Both the position numbers and the translations under genes were made by a program. A stretch of DNA of 64,000 bases from an uncultured Candidatus Saccharibacteria bacterium. GTDB taxonomy: Bacteria; Patescibacteriota; Saccharimonadia; UBA4664; CAZOQX01. The notes beneath the pieces were generated by a model. The model did no database searches. It worked only from the letters and a program-made list of their open reading frames with translations, and had not been told where the DNA came from. Every line of letters starts with the position of its first letter. The stretch's first letter is position 1. Below, piece by piece: positions 58,139-64,000 of this stretch. The stretch lies in contig CAZOQX010000003.1 in the NCBI GenBank assembly GCA_964582465.1, positions 1,115 through 65,114 of the forward strand, in the 5' to 3' direction.

Positions 58139-59178
58139 CAGTAGAACAGCTCGTGCTTAACTTTCACATTATAGGCCTGGACGAGACGTTCACCGAGCTT
58201 AGTCCAGACTCGGTAGCGGGCACTCGCCAGCGGCAAATCCCACAGCCCGACGTATTCAGTGATATATGGATTAAAGCCAGTTTTGAAGCGGGCCAAACCG
58301 GCAAAACGGTGGTCTGGGTTATCGATTTCGGCGGCCGGAGGTGTGCCGTGCAAATCATATTCCGTAACACCGCGGGCTTTCAGCCAGCGCATCACTTCCC
58401 ACTGCAGTAAATAGGCCGCTTGCAGATCTGAGTGCTCTCGGGTCGAGCCACCATCCTTATACAGGCCCTTTTTACCCAGAAAAGTAGCGAAAACTCCGGC
58501 GAGCACCTGACCCTCGTAACGCGCAAAGAACATCTGGCCAGTTCCGCCGGCAGCGTGCAAGTGCCAAAAGTCTGCAAAGTAATCAATTGAGCGCAGATAA
58601 AATCCGGCGCGCTCCTTGGTGGCTTGCATGAGCTTATACATTTGTTGAATTGAATCGCGATCCGTGGGCACCGGCTCAATGAGGACTCCTTTGCGCTCGG
58701 CCAGCCGAATATTATAGCGAGTTTTTTGTTTGAAACTCGCGATAATTTCTTCCTCCTCCGGCGCTAAGTCCACCACTACAGTATCAACATTTAACTGCAA
58801 ATCGTGGGCCTTGATCAGCCCCAGTCGGGAGAGTTGATCGGCTTTAACATCTTCGCGCAACAATTCTGGTTCAACTTTGACCAATAGGGCGCCTGTGGCT
58901 GCTGCCGCCAACTGGGGAAGGAGTTTTTGGAATTGATCGAAATCTGCTACGCCGGGGCCCTTGGGCACATACCACAATTCGCCCAGCGCTGTCCGCCGGC
59001 TGAGGGCCAGCACCGCCACCTCTCCTGCCGCTAATTCTCCGATTAAATAATGGGGGTTCCAGCCGTGGCGCTGCTTGGTCTCGGCAAATGCCGCTACCTG
59101 GAGTACGTTGCCGCCATCAGGGTTCGCCGCCACCAGCTCGTCCCACTTTGCTGTTTCAGCCGGGGTCGCAGACCTCAT
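58138..59178 (-). CDS. FemAB-family peptidoglycan interpeptide-bridge aminoacyltransferase, paralog 1
   Basis: ~346 aa GNAT-tandem fold. Start trimmed to MRSATPAETAKWDEL to avoid overlap with the upstream paralog. FemX/FemAB family features (W..L......G..LQ...). Confidence 0.7.
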   Translation of the reverse strand: MRSATPAETAKWDELVAANPDGGNVLQVAAFAETKQRHGWNPHYLIGELAAGEVAVLALSRRTALGELWYVPKGPGVADFDQFQKLLPQLAAAATGALLVKVEPELLREDVKADQLSRLGLIKAHDLQLNVDTVVVDLAPEEEEIIASFKQKTRYNIRLAERKGVLIEPVPTDRDSIQQMYKLMQATKERAGFYLRSIDYFADFWHLHAAGGTGQMFFARYEGQVLAGVFATFLGKKGLYKDGGSTREHSDLQAAYLLQWEVMRWLKARGVTEYDLHGTPPAAEIDNPDHRFAGLARFKTGFNPYITEYVGLWDLPLASARYRVWTKLGERLVQAYNVKVKHELFY

Positions 59179-60142
59179 CGGCGCACCAATTTGATCAGCC
59201 GTCGACCAACAGGTTTCAGCACCGGCCACAATCCGACCAATACGTTATACAGGGCAAAATTAAAGGGCAGGTCCAAGCTACCAATATAGTCGGTTTCGGC
59301 TGGTCCAAAGTTGGCTTTAAACTGGCTGACGCCCTCGTTCAGCCGACCGTTAAAGTCATAGGTGCTGAGCCCCGCCGCCTGCATCGCTTCAATGGCCCGC
59401 CACTTTAGTAAATAATTTGCCCGGGCTGCCGCCCCCGCGGCCGTCATGCCACCGTAAAGCTCAAAAGCTACTCCCCCACCTGTCATTAGCCAGACAAACG
59501 CCTCCGGGCGGCTGCCAACCTCGGCGTAGGCTACGAAATTCCGCTCGGGCGCAAGCTCGAACAAGTGTTTGTAATAATCAAAATCATGCAGCCCAAAACC
59601 GGCCCGCTTGGCCGTATCCGCGTAAATGCGCCAGAAGTCGGCCAACTCATCAGGGGAGGTGACCCGTCTAACTTTCACCCCCTCAGCTTCAGCCTTACGC
59701 ATGTATTGCCGTGCCTTTGGCCGCATGTCCGCCATTATCTCCGTTTGATCGCGCCGCAAGTTGATCGTGTAGGTTTCACTCATAAGTACCGGCTGCCTGG
59801 ATCGCCGCCAGCCGTGCGGCAGAGTGCCGGGTGGCCAGGCCGGTTCAACTTTTAAATACAACGCCTTGCGCGTACGCACCAGTTCCGCCAACTCCCTCAG
59901 CAACCCCGCGGCCCTAGTCGGGTCAGCTACTGGTCCTCGCGGCACATATGCAACCTTGAAACCCGTTCCAGGAATCGGCCAAAAAAGCACTTGAGCAGCA
60001 CCGTGTTCACCCTGCCACCGTCTCGGCTCCCAACCATTCAAACGCTTCAATTCGCCCCACTCCCATAGTTGCAAAGGATGGCCATAGGGGCTAGCCTCGA
60101 CCAGTTCGTTCCACTGCTTTTGGTCCGTCACTTCCGTGAGCA
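59175..60142 (-). CDS. FemAB-family aminoacyltransferase, paralog 2
   Basis: Start placed at MLTEVTDQKQWNELVEASPYGHPLQLWEWGELK, the FemAB-like N-terminus; the track ORF extends to 60305. Homologous in outline to paralog 1. Confidence 0.7.
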
Positions 60143-60197
60143 TAAGGTTATTGTAGCTGAACTTGGTGACCAAAGGCGAGCCCGTTAAAATAGAGGC

Positions 60198-61232
60198 ATG
60201 AATATTCTGGGCATCGAAACCTCCTGCGATGAAACTGCCGCCGCGGTCGTGGCAGATGGCAAACACATTTTGTCGAACATCGTGGCCTCTCAGATCGACT
60301 TGCACGCCCAGTACGGCGGCGTCATTCCCGAGCTTGCTGCCCGCTCACACATCGGGGAAATCGTGCCCGTGGTGGCGCTCGCCCTGAAGGAAGCAAAGCT
60401 CAACTGGGGTCAGATTGATGGCATCGCCGTGACGGCTGGCCCCGGGCTTCTAGGCTCTCTCATGATCGGCACGCTCACGGCTGCAACCCTGGCTGAGATC
60501 AAGCACATACCGCTTTACGGCGTCGATCATGTCGAAGCGCATGCCTACGCCAATTTTCTAGACACAAAACGCCCCCCGGCCTTCCCTCTACTGGCGTTAA
60601 TCGTCTCTGGTGGCCACACCCAGCTAGTACTGTTTAAGAAACATTTGGACTACACCGTTTTAGGCCAAACCCGAGATGACGCCGCTGGTGAGGCATTCGA
60701 TAAAGTGGCAAAGCTGCTTGATCTCGGATATCCCGGCGGCCCCGCCATTGCCAAGTCCGCTCTGGGCGCAAATGAAGCCGCTTACGCTCTGCCAAAACCC
60801 AAACTCGACTCAAACTACGACTTTAGTTTTTCGGGCCTTAAAACGGCTGTATTACGCCTCGTTCAAAACCTAGTCGGCAAGGACTTCACTGCTCCTTCCG
60901 CCGGGCTCGCCAAATCTTTATCCAAGAATCAGATTAATGACCTCGCCGCCTCGTTCCAAAAAACGGTCGTGGATATCCTGGTTAACGCTACCCTATCAGC
61001 CTATGAACAATTCCATCCCCAATCTGTTGTAATCGCAGGAGGAGTTGCCGCTAACCAAAGGTTGCGTGACGAGCTCAAAGCCCGTCTACCCATCGCCATC
61101 GAATACGCTCCGATGAACTTGTGTACCGATAACGCCGCCATGGTCGCCGCGCTGGGCTATCACCTTGCCCACGCCGGCCGCGCGACCGATCCTACCAAGC
61201 TGAAAGCCAATCCGATTCTGAGCATGAGCTAG
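60198..61232 (+). CDS. tsaD: tRNA N6-adenosine threonylcarbamoyltransferase TsaD
   Basis: MNILGIETSCDETAAAVV and HVEAHAYA metal-binding motifs of Kae1/TsaD. Confidence 0.9.
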   Translation: MNILGIETSCDETAAAVVADGKHILSNIVASQIDLHAQYGGVIPELAARSHIGEIVPVVALALKEAKLNWGQIDGIAVTAGPGLLGSLMIGTLTAATLAEIKHIPLYGVDHVEAHAYANFLDTKRPPAFPLLALIVSGGHTQLVLFKKHLDYTVLGQTRDDAAGEAFDKVAKLLDLGYPGGPAIAKSALGANEAAYALPKPKLDSNYDFSFSGLKTAVLRLVQNLVGKDFTAPSAGLAKSLSKNQINDLAASFQKTVVDILVNATLSAYEQFHPQSVVIAGGVAANQRLRDELKARLPIAIEYAPMNLCTDNAAMVAALGYHLAHAGRATDPTKLKANPILSMS

Positions 61233-61265
61233 CAGACACCTGGCAGAAATTGTAAGATTAGCCTT

Positions 61266-63596
61266 ATGGAAATGGAGAAAGCTTACAATCCGGCCAAATA
61301 CGAGGCCGCTATTTATAAGTTGTGGGAAGAATCCGGTGTCTTTGAACCCGATCTTAAGGCTAAAGGCCAGCCCTTTTCGATTATTTTGCCGCCCCCCAAC
61401 GCTAATGGCGATCTGCACCTGGGGCACGCTATGTATGTGGTGGAGGATATTCTGGTGCGTTACCACCGCATGAGTGGCCATCCAACTTTATGGTTACCGG
61501 GTACGGATCACGCCGGCATTGAGACGCAAGTAGTGTTCGAGCGGGAACTAGCCAAACAAGGTAAATCTCGATTTGATCTGGGGCGCGAAGAGTTTTACCA
61601 ACAAGCGTTGGCATTTACGCTGAACAACCAGCCCAAAATCATTAGCCAACTCCGGTCACTGGGTTTTTCTTTGGACTGGTCGCGTCTTAAATTCACGCTC
61701 GACCCCGATATTATCGAAATCGTCTACCAGACTTTCAAGCAAATGATGGCGGACGACCTGATTTATCGTGGCAATCGGATTGTGAACTGGTGCACCAATT
61801 GCCGCTCCAGCTTTGCCGACATCGAAGTGAAGCATGTGGATCAAACCGACGAGCTTTACACGCTTGATTACGACACCGTCCAGATAGCTACGACTCGGCC
61901 TGAAACCATCTTCGCCGACGTAGCCGTAGCTGTCAGCCCCGATGATCCCCGCTTCTCGAAGTTAGTGGGCAAGAATGCCACTGTTCCCCTGGTTGACCGG
62001 CCCGTGCCCATCATCGCCGATACCTATGTTGATCCCAAGTTTGGCACCGGTGCGCTGAAAATCACTCCTGGACACGATACGAACGATTATGAAATCGGGC
62101 GGCGCCATAATCTGCCTGAAATCAGCGTTATCGATCTGGAAGGCCGAATGATCAATGTACCGGATGAACTAGCCGGGCTAACCGTCACGGAGGCTCGCGC
62201 CAAAACTCTGGAACTCCTGAAGAAGGCCGGCAAACTGATTAAAACCACTCCCCTCACCCACGCCGTGGGCACCCACGAACGCTGCGGTACCATCATTGAG
62301 CCACTCATCACCGAGCAATGGTTCCTTCGGATCGAACGGTTAAACCAGCCCGTCATCAAAGCTATCGAATCTGATGAAGTGAAGATTGTACCTGGCCGCT
62401 TCAAAAAGGTCGCCTTGGATTGGCTTAGATCTGAGCATGATTGGAATATTAGCCGGCAAAACTGGTTTGGTATCCGCATACCGATCTACTACAAAACCAG
62501 TAATGACCCCACCAAGGACGCGCACATCTTCGCCACTTCCGATCAAGCAGCCGAAGCCTACTACGGCAAAGACGGCTACCGAGCCGAGACCGACACCTTT
62601 GATACCTGGTTTTCTTCCGGACAATGGCCCTATGCCACCCTTACGGCAACTGGCGACTTCGACCGCTTCTACCCGAGCTCGGTAATGGAGACCGGTCGTG
62701 ACATTTTGACCAAGTGGGTCACCAAAATGGTCCTCTTTGGTCTTTACCGATCTGGCAAAGTTCCCTTTCACACCGTTTACTTACATGGACTGGTGAACGA
62801 CGCCCAGGGCCAGAAAATGAGCAAATCAAAGGGCAATGTAATTAATCCTCTCGATATGACCACCAAGTACGGCACCGATGCGCTCAGGCTCGCCCTAATA
62901 ACGGGAGTCACTCCCGGCAATGACGGTAGTTTGAGCGAAGAAAAAATCGTCGGCTACCGCAACTTCTGTAATAAACTGTGGAACGTGGCCAGATTTACGC
63001 TTGGTAAAGCCGTAAACTACTCCCCCACCCTTCCCGAGTTAAAGTCCGAGGCCGATCATTGGATGGCTACTCGGCTCAATGAAGCCACCGATCGGGTGAC
63101 CAAATCGATTGAGACCTTGCGCTTCTCTGACGCCGCCCAGACGGTTTACCAGGTGCTCTGGAACGACCTAGCCGATGTCTATCTGGAAGCCTCGAAGCAA
63201 TCGGCCAATGTGCCGCTCCTGGTGTACTTCCTCGAGACCATTTTGAAGCTAACCCATCCATTCGCTCCGTTCGTGTCAGAGCAAATCTGGCAGCATATGG
63301 CTTGGCAGAGCCGTAATTTGATAAATTCACCCTGGCCGGATAGGGGAGAGCTAAAACCATCGCAGTCACACACCGACAGTTTCGCGGCTAAGCTGGCGGC
63401 CCGGGCCTTAGCTGATGGCCGATCCCGCCTTGAAAAGGAGCTGAAAGATAAGCGAGCCTACATCAAGTTGCTCGAGAGCCGGGTGGCTGATCCAGGTTTT
63501 GCCAAAGCTTCGGCCCAATTTCGGGATGACACAAAAACCAAGTTGGAGCAGGCCAGATCAGATGTGGCAAGTCTTGACAAACAGCTCAAAGCCTAG
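61266..63596 (+). CDS. valS: Valine--tRNA ligase (compact form)
   Basis: Class I HIGH (PNANGDLHLGHA), WLPGTDHAGIETQ (ValRS-type), KMSKSKGN, and a C-terminal coiled-coil typical of ValRS. 776 aa is short, but that is common in reduced genomes. Confidence 0.8.
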   Translation: MEMEKAYNPAKYEAAIYKLWEESGVFEPDLKAKGQPFSIILPPPNANGDLHLGHAMYVVEDILVRYHRMSGHPTLWLPGTDHAGIETQVVFERELAKQGKSRFDLGREEFYQQALAFTLNNQPKIISQLRSLGFSLDWSRLKFTLDPDIIEIVYQTFKQMMADDLIYRGNRIVNWCTNCRSSFADIEVKHVDQTDELYTLDYDTVQIATTRPETIFADVAVAVSPDDPRFSKLVGKNATVPLVDRPVPIIADTYVDPKFGTGALKITPGHDTNDYEIGRRHNLPEISVIDLEGRMINVPDELAGLTVTEARAKTLELLKKAGKLIKTTPLTHAVGTHERCGTIIEPLITEQWFLRIERLNQPVIKAIESDEVKIVPGRFKKVALDWLRSEHDWNISRQNWFGIRIPIYYKTSNDPTKDAHIFATSDQAAEAYYGKDGYRAETDTFDTWFSSGQWPYATLTATGDFDRFYPSSVMETGRDILTKWVTKMVLFGLYRSGKVPFHTVYLHGLVNDAQGQKMSKSKGNVINPLDMTTKYGTDALRLALITGVTPGNDGSLSEEKIVGYRNFCNKLWNVARFTLGKAVNYSPTLPELKSEADHWMATRLNEATDRVTKSIETLRFSDAAQTVYQVLWNDLADVYLEASKQSANVPLLVYFLETILKLTHPFAPFVSEQIWQHMAWQSRNLINSPWPDRGELKPSQSHTDSFAAKLAARALADGRSRLEKELKDKRAYIKLLESRVADPGFAKASAQFRDDTKTKLEQARSDVASLDKQLKA

Positions 63597-63633
63597 CGTT
63601 TCACACGAAACGGTTTTGCTTTAGAATAGAATC

Positions 63634-64000
63634 ATGCCGGACAAAAACCCCAAAACCCGTTTCTTTGCCTTGGCTGCCACAGTGGTCGCTGCCAGTCTGT
63701 TGTTTTTTATCTTGATCCGGCCGGCTGTTTCCTCCTGGGGAAAGAGTAGGGCAGTCAGTTTAGATCTTACAGCCAGCCACTCCAAAAACACCGGCAAACA
63801 AATCGCTTTATATGAGCTTGCGCTGATGCTATATCCTCACGATAAAGTGGCAGCTTTCGGCCTAGCCGACGTTTTGGCCAGAAGAGGGGATAGGGGAGCG
63901 GCCATTCGCGTACTGGGCCTCCTGCCGCTTACAGAAAGCGGCGAGCGCATCGCTACATTACGCTACGCAGCTGGCAACTATACCGGCGCTATTGCTACCG
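63634..64000 (+). CDS. Membrane-anchored hypothetical protein, possibly TPR-like (3' truncated by window end)
   Basis: ATG at 63634. TM helix FFALAATVVAASLLFFILI followed by helical-repeat-like sequence. No stop in window. Confidence 0.35.
   Translation, partial: MPDKNPKTRFFALAATVVAASLLFFILIRPAVSSWGKSRAVSLDLTASHSKNTGKQIALYELALMLYPHDKVAAFGLADVLARRGDRGAAIRVLGLLPLTESGERIATLRYAAGNYTGAIAT

Noticed and set aside
1-64000. Searched for CRISPR arrays, rRNA genes, IS elements or transposases, and additional tRNAs
   Set aside because: By visual scanning I found no short regularly spaced direct repeats, no rRNA-like conserved stretches, and no transposase or integrase-like ORFs (DDE or tyrosine recombinase motifs). 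tRNA-Ser is the only tRNA found. A tRNA-scan should confirm this.

Overview
This 64 kb window reads as a contiguous chromosomal segment of a small-genome, Gram-positive-like bacterium. The gene content points to the Candidate Phyla Radiation (Patescibacteria), most likely a Saccharibacteria/TM7-like organism. The first ~15 kb is one long minus-strand type IV pilus (T4P) locus. It carries pilB, pilM, a parvulin-like PPIase, pilX-like and several minor-pilin genes, two tandem major-pilin paralogs, pilC, a PilP-position small protein, pilO and pilN. A 1490-aa secreted giant protein sits at the head of this locus. Two tandem secreted paralogs with 372-bp, 100% identical 3' halves diverge from the giant gene. 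The rest is dense housekeeping. It includes lysA-like, an M15 peptidase, ychF, tlyA, efp, rpsR-ssb-rpsF, recX-recA, rodZ-like, ftsK, rnj, a family-4 UDG, pnp, rpsO, truB, rpsT, holA, mutM, polA, rpoD-dnaG, tRNA-Ser(GGA), a MacB-type ABC transporter, PGI/PMI, groESL, murE, two femAB paralogs, tsaD and valS. By eye the backbone is ~50% GC. Several short blocks that look ~60% GC by eye are wedged between these genes and carry orphan ORFs. The largest is a ~2.4 kb co-directional seven-gene cluster between polA and rpoD. It encodes a PrimPol-like protein, a small wHTH, two unknowns, two tiny transmembrane peptides and a LuxR-family regulator, with start/stop-overlapping genes. It is the best candidate here for a horizontally acquired, undescribed module. 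No CRISPR arrays, rRNA genes or obvious transposases were seen.
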